Assembly: GCF_006345805.1 (NCBI RefSeq)
Contig: NC_042997.1
Span: forward strand, 49,166,001-49,230,000
DNA: 64,000 nt
From: Octopus sinensis
Lineage: Eukaryota
Direction of reading: 5' to 3'
Position numbers and translations under genes: made by a program. Position 1 is the stretch's first letter. Every line of letters begins with the position of its first letter. Positions 1 to 11,990 of the stretch are shown here, one piece after another. Below the pieces are notes generated by a model that saw only the letters and a program-made list of their open reading frames with translations, did not search any database and was not told where the DNA came from.

Positions 1-929
1 AAAACCCAGGTTATTCTTTAAAGCAACATTTAATATAAGATAATATGTGATCTTGAGATAGGTTTGATTACTATTTCTAGCAGGTCAGACTCCCAAACAG
101 GTCTCCCTTGCTGGCTTATGTACACATACAAATACACACACACACACACAGACACACACACATACATAAGATGTGTGGACATACACACATACATAAGACA
201 GAAAGGTGTGGGTTGAGGAAGATTTGGTTGCTATTTTTAGCATGTTTAGCTGCCAAGTAGTGATTCACTTGTTGACACATGCATGCATACACATACACAC
301 AATTTTAAGGTAGTAATTATTATTATTGGCAGATGAAACAGCAGAAGCCTTACACCAAAAGTTGGATACATTCCTGATAATCTGTTCTGATTAACTTCCA
401 AGCAATAAAATATTTTCAATCAATCTTTTATATTTTATCTTCTTTTAATTCATTTTAATGATCATCATTCATAATCATTACGAGCAGCAACTAGCCATAA
501 ATAACTACAGAAGCAACACTCAAATGGTTTGTAAGATGCATACACATGTATTTTGGGCATCCACCCATAGAAACCACACCAAAATAGACTATGGAACCTG
601 GTGCAGCCCCTGACCTTACCAGAACCAGTCAAGCCATCAAACCCATGTCAGCATGGAAAGTGGATGTTAAACGATGATCATGATATACACACACACAATT
701 TGATCCTATATTTGATCCTATATACACAATACAAGGTAATCCCCACAATCAAGAACCCTACATGGCATTATTGCAATTCTTTGTTAACCCAGGTCTGTCT
801 GTTCAACATGACCATGATCCCAGGGTCTCCAAGTTTTCGTCATCCCTTCTTTGTGTTTCCAGGCCATATGGTGAGGTATGATCTGGCTGCTGTAGACGCT
901 CACATAATTCATGTTATTCATATAGGATA

Positions 930-1228
930 GGACTCCCTTCAGTTATGAATGACCATGGATTGCACCTAGAAAGCTCCTCTTCCAAGTAAGTTTGCTTATG
1001 GAAGACCAACAGTCAGCTTTGCATACCAACCTCCCCTCTCCATGCCACCAATGTTATCCAAGGGAAAGGCCAATACAGCTTGGCACTAGTGATGTCGCAA
1101 CTCATTTCTATCAATGAGAGAACTGGAGCAACATGAAATAAAGTGCTTTGCTCAAAAACACAACACACAGTCCGGTCCAGCAATTGCATAATTGTGAGCC
1201 CAGTGCTCTAACCAATGAGCTATGTGCC
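930..1228 (-). mobile_element. tRNA-derived SINE, family B (degenerate)
   Basis: Similar along its length to 16585-16910. tRNA-like head at the right end (rc ...TGGTTAGAGCACTGGG). Confidence 0.7.
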
Positions 1229-1493
1229 TTTATGTTGTTGTTCAAGGGAATATAGAAATATAGTTTATGGAACTAGTTTGGTTGAAGAAGCCACCAAAGG
1301 AAAGGAAAGCAACCAGTCTAACTCCTCAATTGGTGCAAGTCAGTACCAGATTCTTTGTAAAGGTTTACAGTGTTTACATTGCAAAAGGCATTCACAGGAA
1401 AGCGATTATTTGTAGTAGTAGAAATTTCCTAACAATACATCAAAATTGTTTATACAACTAAAGTGTCTTACTCACATACATTATATATATATG

Positions 1494-1532
<39 letters not shown>

Positions 1533-1601
1533 TACATGTATGCATATATATATACATGTATACATATATATACATGTATACATAGATATACATTCGCTGT
1601 A

Positions 1602-2693
1602 TTTTGTCACGGAAAATATATCTCGCTTGTTGACAAATAGTGTATATCCACCTAGATCAGCTCGCAGAGCCATCTACTCAGACAGTGAAATGTTAACATT
1701 TCAGAATAGTTACCTCCTCATTGGTCACAGACACTAAGCAGATGACACTACAAGCTAAATTAAGAGATTAACTCTCTTGTGCTTTTCCAGTCATCGTATG
1801 GTGATCGGTAGCGCAATATGGTGACTCACAGTAAGTAAATTATGGAGGGGGAGCGCTAAGCAATGATAAGTGAAATTACAATGTTATTATCAGTCTAAAT
1901 ATGCTCAATGCATGTTCAAACTGGGGAACAAGCTACTCACCGTCTTTTGTCACGGAGAATATATCTCACTTGTTGACAAATAGTGTGCATACTCCTAGAT
2001 CAGCTTGCAGTACCACCTATCCAGACTGTGAGCTGTTAACATTTCAGAGCAGTTGTCTCCTCTTTGGTCACAGACACTAGGCAGGCAGCGCTAGGAGCTG
2101 ACTGACAAAATTACTTCTCTGATGCTTTTCCAGTCGTTGTATGGTGACAGGCAGAACTATATGGTGACTCAGCAGAAGGAAATTACAGAGTGGGGAGTGT
2201 TATGCAGTGCTAAGTGAAATTGCCCCCCATGCCGGTGGCCCATAGCACCACCCGTTTGTGGCCATTGCCAGCCTCGCCTGGCCCCCGTGCCGGTGCCACA
2301 TAAAAAGCACCATCCGATCGTGGCCATTGGCAGCCTTGCCTGGCCCCGTGCCAGTGGCACGTAAAAGCACCATCCGTTCGTGTCCGTTGCCAGCCTCGCT
2401 TGGCCCCCGTGCCAGTGGCACATAAAAAGCACCATCCGTCCGTGGCCATTTGCCAGCTCCATCTGGCACCTGTTCGGGTGGCACGTAAAAAGCACCCACT
2501 ACACTCACGGAGTGGTTGGCGTTAGGAAGGGCATCCAGCCATAGAAACACTGCCAGATCAGACTGGGCCTGATGCAGCCTTCTGGCTTCACAGACCCCAG
2601 GTGAACCGTCCAACCCATGCTAGCATGGAAAGCGGATGCTAAATGATGATGATGATTATCAGTTTGAATATGCTCAATACATGTTCAAACTGG
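1602..2693. repeat. Two diverged ~343-bp tandem units; the second is interrupted by a LINE-tail insertion
   Basis: 1602-1923 aligns with 1945-2221 plus 2656-2693. Both start TTTTGTCACGGA and end ATGTTCAAACTGG. Confidence 0.85.
2222..2656 (+). mobile_element. RTE-LINE/SINE 3' tail copy with ~4.5 internal ~60-bp repeats and (GAT)n tail
   Basis: Repeated GTGCCAGTGGCACGTAAAAAGCACC units, then GTGGTTGGCGTTAGGAAGGGCATCCAGC...CCATGCTAGCATGG...(GAT)n. Confidence 0.85.
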
Positions 2694-3395
2694 TTAGAGA
2701 ACAAAAGGTAGTATCCATGATCCTATATATTTTAGAGGGGTCCCAAGACTTGTAGGAGAAAAGGAAGGAGTTATCCTGAAATTAAAACTCTGACACAGAC
2801 ATTTGCAACAAAGTGAATTAAGATTAAGGCACCCAAGAACCAGATTCTTGTGTGCCTTTTAGCAGGATTCATGAAGAACTGGAAAAAATACAAGACATCT
2901 TGTCTAATACTCTAATAATCCTGCATATCCACCAATCTGGACTGGCATGTAATTTTACTGACTCAGCAAACTTGATCGAGCAGGATTTGAACCCAGAACA
3001 CAGAAGACTGAAACAAATACCACAAGGCATTTTGTCATGAAATCTATTTACACTGTTAATTCATGCATATTACTTTGCACAAGTTTTGCTTTAACACTTT
3101 AGTATTCAGGCCCAAATCGTTTTATGTTCAAACCAGCTAGATCTGGCATCTCACACCTAGCCTACAATGTCATTCTAAAAATAAAAAAACCTCATCACTG
3201 AAATCTCAAAGTTTCAAGATAATGCATGATTAATTCAAAGCAACATGAATAAATAATCAATGCACTTAACAGAGAAGTCAGAACACTAACGAGTTAGAAT
3301 AGCCTTCAGTTGACCACAATCCTTGAATGAAACTAGGGATGTTGAAACTCAGTAGAAACTTATCACACAGTACCTGTTGAAGGTGTGGTTGTGGA

Positions 3396-3663
3396 CATGG
3401 GCCTGGGAACAGAGGGTGTAGGGGGTGCACTTGCACTCTCTGAAATTCTTGTGGTGTGCAAAAATCAAAATTTGCACCCCTACTTACTTTTCTCAGATTT
3501 AGAAAACAGTGAGTAAAAGGTGATCTGTAAAAAGTACCTTGGATTAGGTTCCTTCTCAAAGAACAAAGAACATAAATAAATAAAACAAAAAACATGACCT
3601 TCTTTGTAAAACTTTTGGGGTCTAGGTTTGCACCCCTAAGCAAACTTCATTCCAGAGCCAGTG
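3396..3663. mobile_element. hAT-like non-autonomous element (MITE)
   Basis: 8-bp TSD GTTGTGGA at 3388-3395 and 3664-3671. Imperfect TIRs CATGGGCCTGGGAAC and rc CACTGGCTCTGGAATG. Confidence 0.7.
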
Positions 3664-4076
3664 GTTGTGGAAGGACTTTTAACCAGTTATTCTGGTTTAA
3701 TACCAGTAATTTGGCCCTAGGAACCTTTTAGCAGAGTTTACTCTGTTGCAAGCATTCTCACACAGTCTTAAGTCTGAGGTTAAAAAATTTAATATTTTGA
3801 AACTCTGCTGCTTCACGTTTTTTTCACAACTAAGGCATCAAAAGGAAAAACGATAACTCTCACAATACAAAAAAAAATCCAACAAATTATCTAAATCTAT
3901 AAAACTATTCCAAACCTAGAAAGAAAAAGGAATGTTTATAACAGAATTAAATTTATGCAATGCAAAGGTTTCTTTTATTTATATATGTATGCTTCCATGC
4001 TAGCATGGGTTGGACGGTTTGACAGTGGGCTGGCGAACCAGATGGCTGCACTAGGCTCCAGTCTTGATCTGGCAGA

Positions 4077-4322
4077 ATATATATATATATATATATACAT
4101 ATATATATTTACACACACATATATATACATACATATATGCATATACACATACATATATATATATATATATACATATACACATACATATATATATACATAT
4201 ATACATATACACATACATGTATACATATACACATACATACATATATATATATACATACATACATACATATATTCATACATACATACATACATACATATAT
4301 TCATACATACATATATATATAC

Positions 4323-4355
<33 letters not shown>

Positions 4356-4411
4356 CATACATACATACATACATATATTCATACATACATATATATATAT
4401 ATAGCGAGACA

Positions 4412-4475
<64 letters not shown>
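4077..4475. repeat. Compound (TA)n/(CATA)n/(GA)n microsatellite
   Basis: Read directly. It produces the YI/HT-rich pseudo-ORFs. Confidence 0.97.
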
Positions 4476-4479
<4 letters not shown>

Positions 4480-4688
4480 GTAATGGAGATAAACACAGTT
4501 AGGCTCAATATAAATATTGATATAATTTCACAGAGCACAAAAGATACAGAATAAAATAGGAAAACATGCAATTTTGTAACTCAAGAGTTGTTTCAGGAAG
4601 CCCAGATTTACATAGCAATCATAATAATCATACACTGTAGATGTGCAAAATGTCATGGATATGTAATTGGTAAACAGTCAAATGAAAA

Positions 4689-4772
4689 AGCTCAGTCGGT
4701 AGAGCATCAGACTTTTATACACTGACCTTGAAGGTTATCTGAGGGTCGCAGGTTCGAGTCCCTCTGCGGGTG
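4689..4772 (+). pseudogene. tRNA-Lys(TTT)-like sequence with a 19-nt intron, 5'-truncated
   Basis: AGCTCAGTCGGTAGAGCA TCAGA CT TTT A [4718-4736 intron] A TCTGA GGGTC ... GGTTCGAGTCC. The 5' acceptor strand is absent and the T-stem has two mismatches. Confidence 0.85.
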
Positions 4773-4987
4773 TATATTTGTTCTACCTGACTGGCCCTCG
4801 TGCCGATGGTACGTAAAAGCACCCACTACACTCTCAGAGCGGTTGGCATTAGGAAGGGCATCCAGCTGTAGAAATTCTGCCAGATCAGATTGGAGTCTGG
4901 TGCAGCCATCTGGTTCACCAGACTTCAGTCAAATCGTCTAACCCATGCTAGCATGGAAAGCAGACATTAAACAATGATGATGATGAA
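4689..4987 (+). mobile_element. tRNA-Lys-derived SINE (probably the octopus OK family) with an RTE-type tail
   Basis: tRNA-Lys(TTT)-like head at 4689-4772, then the family body (CACCCACTACACTC...GGAAGGGCATCCAGC...) and a (GAT)n tail. Confidence 0.8.
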
Positions 4988-5039
4988 GACATTACATTAT
5001 GTCCAGCAGCTACCATCATCCAGAGAAGACTGGAAAATA

Positions 5040-5077
<38 letters not shown>

Positions 5078-5084
5078 GGGGAGT

Positions 5085-5260
5085 TCACGAAAAAAAAAAC
5101 AAAAGACAAAGACAGGTGGTGTACAAAACAAACAGATGTATTAGTATAACAATCAGGAATAGAAAAAGTCTGTTACATTTTGAGCCTACGCTCCTCTACA
5201 GAGAGGGACACAGAGAAAAAAAAAGGAGAGAAAAAAATGCGTGTAGTGGCTACCGATCTA
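5085..5260 (-). mobile_element. PLE-like terminal fragment with a decayed hammerhead motif
   Basis: Homologous to 57176-57320. The rc reads CTGTAGAG GAGC GTAG GCTC AAAATGTA. Confidence 0.55.
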
Positions 5261-5495
5261 TCATATATATATATATATATATAAAATCTGAGCACCACAC
5301 ATCAGCTCAATGACCTTTTCCAGCTAGCACTTTTTCCAAATGTCCTGAAGAAGGGGTTTTCAACCAGAAATATAGAACTACAAGGTAAAACTGCAGCTTT
5401 GTTCTGTTTCCTTTTCCTTATGTATTTTACTTTGAACCTTCTTATATTGTTCCAACCTTACACAACAACTTTCTTTATATAAAATCATCATTATT

Positions 5496-5716
5496 CAATT
5501 GCAGCGTGGAAGGTGTTTATAAGCCATTTAAGAAACACACAAAAACTGACAAAACTCTGAAAATATTTTGACAAATTAAATTTAAATGTTGAAGTGAATC
5601 TAACAATTTTTGTGTGTTTCTTAAATGGCTTATAAACACCTTCCATGCTGCAATTGTTCTCGTTCCAGCACATGATCTCAGATCAGGTCACTTGCTATGC
5701 CAGTACATCTCCATTA
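5496..5716. mobile_element. Repeat with a ~50-bp near-perfect inverted duplication (PLE-like end)
   Basis: CAATTGCAGCGTGGAAGGTGTTTATAAGCCATTTAAGAAACACACAAAAA (from 5496) is repeated inverted, ending near 5657. Same family as 17439-17638. Confidence 0.7.
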
Positions 5717-6338
5717 TTATTCAACATCTCCATATTATGGTGCAGACATAGCTCTGTAGTTATCAAGTTTGCTTCCCAACAATATGGTTTGGAGGCCACT
5801 CCTGCTGTCTGGCCCCGCCGATGCAAAAGCATTCCATGGTAGTCCCATGCCAAACAAAGTCTTGTGAGCAGATTTGGCAGACAGAAACTGAAAGAAGCCC
5901 ATCAATAATATGTAGATATCAATATACATACATGTGTATGTATGAGTGTGTGTTTGTTTGATGAACTGCTTTGTCCTGACATCATGTTATTGCTGTAAAT
6001 GAACGTCATTCATTTCCTACATTCTACATAAAAAACATGTCTGGCCATAGAGGAATATTTACCTTGCTTGAAAACAAATAAAAGCTGGCAATAAAAGGGT
6101 ATCCAGCAGCAGAAAATCTGCCTCAACATATTCCATCTGATTCACCCTGTAAAAAAACATCCAGTACATTCTGTAAAATGGTTAGGATTGGGAAGGACAT
6201 CCAGTGGTACAAAGCATACCAAAGCAGACGTTAGAGCTTAACATAGCCCTTGGCCCATCAGTTCTTGTCAAACCATCCAACCCAAGCCAGCATTGAAGGC
6301 AGATGTTATATAATGATATATACATACATGCATACACA

Positions 6339-6741
6339 GGCAGGAGTGGCTGTGTGGTAAGTGGCTTGCTAACCAACCACATGGTTCCAGGTTCAGTCCC
6401 ACTGCGTGGCATCTTGGGCAAGTGTCTTCTGCTATAGCCCCAGGCCGACCAATGCCTTGTGAGTGGATTTGGTAGACGGAAACTGAAAGAAGCCTGTCGT
6501 ATATATGTAAATATATGTATTTTTATGTGTTTGTATCTGTGTTTACGTGATTGTCCCCCTAGCATTGCTTGACAACCGATGCTGGTGTGTTTACGTCCCT
6601 GTAACTTAGCAGTTCGGCAAAAGAGACCGATGGGCTTACAAAGAACGAGTCCAGGGATGGATTTCTTCAAATAAAACCCTTTAGGGCAGTGCTCCAGTAT
6701 GGCCGCAGTCAAATGACTGAAACGAGTAAAAGAATAAAAGA
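6339..6741 (+). mobile_element. tRNA-derived CORE-type SINE, family A (OR-like), full length
   Basis: A-box TGGCTGTGTGG, B-box GGTTCAGTCCC, CORE-like CTTGGGCAAGT, central microsatellite, tail GCTCCAGTATGGCCGCAGTCAAATGACTGAAAC(GAGTAAAA)n. Confidence 0.9.
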
Positions 6742-7024
6742 ATATATATATATTTGTACTGTGTGAAAGAAACTGTGGTATGAAAAACCTAAGTGAGCTA
6801 AAATGTAAATGAATGTTGGTAGAAGATTGAAACTAGAAGAGTGAAAAAATTATTTCAACAAATAACTATTAACATTACATGGATATTTTAAACCAACTTT
6901 TTGACAACTTTAATGACACATTCAGCTCTTGTCAGAAAAAAGGTCAGTGAGCCTGTCAGAATTTTGAAAACAGAATATAACAAACTCTCTTGTATACATG
7001 ACTGTATGTACTTGAGTGTATGCA

Positions 7025-7086
<62 letters not shown>

Positions 7087-7589
7087 TATATATATACACA
7101 TACATATATATACATATATATACATATATATATACATAGAGAGAGAGACAGACAGACAGACAGACATACGCACATATATCATCATCATCCTTTAACGTCC
7201 ATTTTCCATGCTGGCATGGGTTGGGAAGTTTGACCAGAGTTGGCAAGCCAGAGAGTTGCACCAGGTTCTAGTCTGATTTGGCTTGGTTTCTTACACACAC
7301 ACACACACACCACATACATGTATATATCATCATTTTACATCTAATTTCTATATTCAAAGTTAGTCCCCTCCTAGACAAGTCAGAGTTCAAGTCTCACTTG
7401 CACGTATCATTTTTTTTTAGCTTAGTTTTAAAAGCTTTCTCCAGGTACAGCAGCTGGCTCATGGCTAAGTAATTCTTCAAGTCATGGCACATGCAAGAAA
7501 GCATTGGCAGTGCCTCATCCCATCAGAAATCCACACTGCATCTAATCTAGAATAACTCTTGATCTAATCAATTGGGCTAGGGCTCTTTC

Positions 7590-8340
7590 AGTGACTGTCA
7601 TAACCTAATGACCTGGGAATTATTGTCGACTGCGATTTACATTGGACAAAAGACATTGCTAAAATTGCCAAGAAGGCTGAAGGTGTCTTGGCATCACTCA
7701 CCAAGTCCTTTGTGAGCCGCTCTCCGGCTATCTTATCTGCAGCTTTATATAGCTATGGTGCGACCTCACCTGGAATTTGCATCACTGGTCTGGAACCCCT
7801 ATCTTGCCCAGGATATTAATCGCCTGGAAACCGTTCAGAGACGTGCAACCAAGAGAACACCCGCCATCAGGCATTTGCCATATTCTGAACGCCTTACTTC
7901 CCTGGGCATGGACACATTGAAACTCCGACGTGTGGGAGCTGACTTGGCAGACACCCATAAAAAATTATTAACCATCTTACAAACAATAACTCTGAGCACC
8001 TTTTCAAACTCCACCTGTCTAACACCTGTGGACATGTTTACAAAGTCAGAAAACAGCACAGCTCCCATGACTTTAGGAAACATTTTTTCACACTGAGAGT
8101 TGCTGAAGCATGGAACAAACTGCCGGCATCAGTTGTTAGTTGTCGGAGCACTGCATCCTTCAAAACTTCCATGCTTCCTGAGATTCGCCAACACTACACC
8201 TGTTTTCTCCCCTCCATACACACGCAAGCATGTATCTGAGACATTTGTACATTACTGCATATGCTTTATACGCACTTTTCACAAGTTGTGGTGCACCTGA
8301 GCACTGTGTACAATAATTTCATTATTATTATTATTATTAT
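7590..8340 (+). mobile_element. 5'-truncated CR1-clade LINE (ORF2 C-terminus, frameshifted) with (ATT)n tail
   Basis: MVRPHLEFASLVWNPYLAQDINRLETVQRRATK...YSERL, then after a frameshift RKHFFTLRVAEAWNKLP. These are typical CR1 post-RT motifs. Confidence 0.92.
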
Positions 8341-8814
8341 TTATGGGTTTTTCTTCTTCTTTCAAATTTGCTTCCATTTCTTGCTGAGTGTCTTCCCGAC
8401 TCCTAGGGCAAAGAAACTCATAGTATACATTGGTAGGCCATTAAACTAAACTCACTAGTTCGTTCATTTTTTTTTTTTTTTTGATAGAAATAGTTAAATT
8501 ATAATACATGGGTAGTAATAGTTCTCACATAGTTCTCTTATTATTATTATTCTTATTATTATTATTAATCCATCAGCTTGTTGCTTCTGCAACTTCCTTT
8601 CTCTCTCTCATTCGTCTGCATTGTTCTTGTGGTTGTTGATCATGATACTGCTACAGCAGTAACTGAGTATGACACCCTCCACTACTACCTGAAACAACTG
8701 TGATCCACATTGCCCAAACAATGTATGTCTGGCAACACAGCTGAACGCCCAGCTGCTTTTTTTCTGCCTCGCATTTTGATACCAGCCAACCTGAACCTGC
8801 ATCCAGTCTGATGT

Positions 8815-9262
8815 TATTCTTCTTTTTTCTTTTACTTGTTTCAGTCATTTGACAGTGGCCATGCTGGAGCACTGCATTTAGTCAAACAAATCAACCCCAG
8901 GACTTATTCTTTGTAAGCCTAGTACTTATTCTATCAGTCTCTTTTGCTGAACCCTTAAGTTATGTAGACGTAAACACACCAACATCAGTTGTCAAGCGAT
9001 GGTGGGGGGGACAAACACAGATATACAAACATATACACATATACATATACACACACACCCACACACACCACACACACAACACTCAACACATATATTATAT
9101 ATATATATATAACCCACAACAGGCTTCTTCAGTTTTCGTTCACCAAACTGCAAATCCACTCACCAAGGCTTTCGTTGAGCCCGAGGCTATAGTGAAGACA
9201 CTTGCCCAACGTACCACGCAATGGGACTGAACCTGGAAACCAATGTGTTGGTAACAGCTACT
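8815..9262 (-). mobile_element. Family A SINE with an indel-rich 5' half
   Basis: Reverse complement of the family A consensus with many 1-bp indels. Confidence 0.85.
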
Positions 9263-9508
9263 TATTCATCAATTCCCTATTTTAAAATGATCAAAATTAA
9301 AATCTTTTATGAAAATCCTATATTAATATATACTCTACATAACAGTAAAGATATTTAAGTAAATACTTTCTTAGTTTCAAAATTAATTGAAACTATGTCT
9401 GCGTCTTCAACAGATAAATGGTAATAAAATGGTTAAGGTAACCGAAACCAAAACTTCATGTTAATGTTTCAAACACAAGCTTAATAATGGCAAAGGTATT
9501 ATCATTAA

Positions 9509-9729
9509 CCCTTTTGTTACTCTGTTTATTTTGAGATGTTCTGTGTTTCTTTCAATTATTTAAAATATAACAAAGAATTTAGTAAAATAATTTAGCTATC
9601 ATTAAGCTAGTGTTAGGAACATAAATTATGATTAAGGCTTGGTAGAAGATTTTCATTCAAAACTTATGAAAACAAGACATTTGCACTACAGAGCCAGAGC
9701 CGGTTTTGGCTGGGTTGGTATCGAAAGGG
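9509..9729. mobile_element. piggyBac-like MITE nested in a related older copy
   Basis: TTAA|CCCTTTTGTTAC...GTATCGAAAGGG|TTAA. Confidence 0.75.
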
Positions 9730-10170
9730 TTAAATTCATTATTTTAAAATCTAACTGGGATAGAGGCAGTGTATTTTAACAAAAGGATTAATCACTCTAT
9801 CAATATTACTACTATCAAACTTGTATATTTGGCCATTTTGTTGGCTCTACGAGAGTTGGTTCTCTCTTTTCTGTGCATTCTCCTCACACAGCAACCACTT
9901 ATAATAACACTTTCATAATGCTTTTTTTTTCATCCACAGTGAAACTGTTATTAATTTTAATTAATTAAAGCTCAAACTGCAATTAAGTGCAATTTTAATT
10001 GACTTCTACCTTGTCTAAATAAGTGAGGAAATTAGCTATTACTATTCAAGAAAGATCACAGACATTCGACTGAAAATATATGACAGCCCAGCTGATGGCT
10101 ATCGTTAACACATGCGTGTGTATGCATGTGTGTATATGTGTGCGATCATATGTAGATTTGTGTGTGTATT

Positions 10171-10768
10171 GAGAAATAGTAAAGTAATGTGTACATAGCC
10201 ATACCCACAAACCTGTACACTTTATCTCAACATACACCTCACTGCTAGCATAAATATTTAGGTTTATCTAAGAATAACTTGTGAGAAAATCACTTGGTCC
10301 TTTTTTTATGAAGAATCTCATAAACAGCCTCTGATTAAATCTCACCAAATTTTCTTGGAGAATTTATACATTTTTTTCCCTAATTCCTTCATATGAAATG
10401 GCATCAGTGTTTGCAGTTGCCTTAAGTTAACAAAATGTAGCATTACTGACCAAAATGATCAAGATTTTATGAGAATAGTAAAGTAATGTGTACTAGCCAT
10501 ACCCACAAACCGTACACTTTTATCCACAACATACCCTCACTGCTAGCATAAATATTAGGTTTATCTAAGAATAACTTGTGAGAAAATCACTTGGTCCTTT
10601 TTTTATGAAGAATCTCATAAACAGCCTCTGATTAAATCTCACCAAATTTTCTTGGAGAATTTATACATTTTTTTCCCTAATTCCTTCATATGAAATGGCA
10701 TCAGTGTTTGCAGTTGCCTTAAGTTAACAAAATGTAGCATTACTGACCAAAATGATCAAGATTTTTTA
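10171..10768. repeat. Near-identical ~298-bp tandem duplication of otherwise unique sequence
   Basis: 10171-10468 vs 10471-10768. Differences are mainly small indels near the start of the units. Confidence 0.92.
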
Positions 10769-11228
10769 TTCTGCAACAGTGATTTATTATATCTAATGAT
10801 AATTTAAGACATGATAACACTATAATTAAAAAAACATGAAATTAACATTTAGTGATAAGTTCAAATCCCACTTGGTAAGTGATCAACTCCATGTTAACTT
10901 GTTCACATACACTATTCTATAATGAAACAGTGCAGGCAAAGACAACTGGCTGAGAATACAGTTTTGCAATTAGGATGAAACAGGTCTTAGAATTGGTCCT
11001 GCTTGATGGCATCTCTAATAGATGTCTTGTACTATATAGCCCAAGTATTTGAAATTGTGTACATGGAAACTGTATGAAAGCCAGTCACATGGACTATAAC
11101 TGTAACTGACAGGTCAAGCTTTATCATGCATCATGTTGTCTGTTATTTTATTTTCTCCCCCACCCCTCTCTCTTTATATATATATATGTATGTATGTAGG
11201 TATGTATGCATGCATGTATATACACTTT

Positions 11229-11379
11229 ATCAAAAACCAACAAAAATATTACGAATACTGTTACTCCGAGTTTCACGTTCACGGTCGTTGGCCAGTTTGT
11301 TTCGAAACGAAACTGTCCAATGAACAGGAATGTGAAACTCTGAGTAACAATCTTAGTGATATATTTGATGGTTTTTAAT
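11229..11379. mobile_element. ~150-bp palindrome made of two head-to-head PLE-like ends with hammerhead-like arms
   Basis: TGTTACTCCGAGTTTCACGTTC vs GAATGTGAAACTCTGAGTAACA. The arms pair out to 11229/11379. Confidence 0.7.
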
Positions 11380-11757
11380 TTATGTGCTTATTCTGATGTG
11401 TATACATATATATACACACACTCTCGGAGTGGTTGGCGTTAAGAAGGGCATCCAGCTGTAGAAACTCTGTCAGGTCAGATTGGAGCCTGGTGCAGCCATC
11501 TAGCTCACCAGTACCAATTCAAACCGTCCAACCCATGCCAGCATGGAAAGCGGATGTTAAACGATGATGATGATATATCATCAAGTTGACTTGATGCAAT
11601 ATAAAACCAAAAAGGAAAAATTCAATTGTCACTAACTAATACTGTCTGAGGGTGCATGATAGCACATACATTGCTAGAAATAAGAGTCAAAGACCCTTAT
11701 AGCCACAAGCAGCACAAGTCTATGCACATAGATGATGGTTAACATGATGGCAAACAA

Positions 11758-11990
11758 GGTGGCAAACTGGCAAAAACGTTAGCATGCCGGGCAAAATGCG
11801 TAGCCGTATTTCGTCTGCCGTTACGTTCTGAGTTCAAATTCTGCCGAGGTTGACTTTGCCTTTCATCCTTTCAGGATCAATAAAATAAGTACCAGTTACG
11901 CACTGGGGTCGATATAATCGACTTAATCCATCTGTCTGTCCTTGTTTGTCTCCTCTGTGTTTAGCCCCTTGTGGGCAGTAAAGAAACAGA
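11758..11990 (+). mobile_element. tRNA-derived SINE, family C (Meta-like central domain)
   Basis: GAGTTCAAATTC B-box, CTTTGCCTTTCATCCTTTC...TAAAATAAGTACCAG domain, TSD TTAACATGATGGC at 11739-11751 and 11991-12003. Confidence 0.85.

Noticed and set aside
2226-2500. CRISPR-like repeat-spacer appearance
   Set aside because: The spacers are homologous to each other, the context is a eukaryotic LINE UTR, and there are no cas genes.
3955-4571. Longest ORFs (149-198 aa, YI/HT/CV-rich) and similar ORFs elsewhere
   Set aside because: They are translations of microsatellites that lack stop codons.
4689-4772. Functional tRNA-Lys gene
   Set aside because: The 5' acceptor strand is missing, the T-stem is mismatched, and it is fused to a repeat tail.
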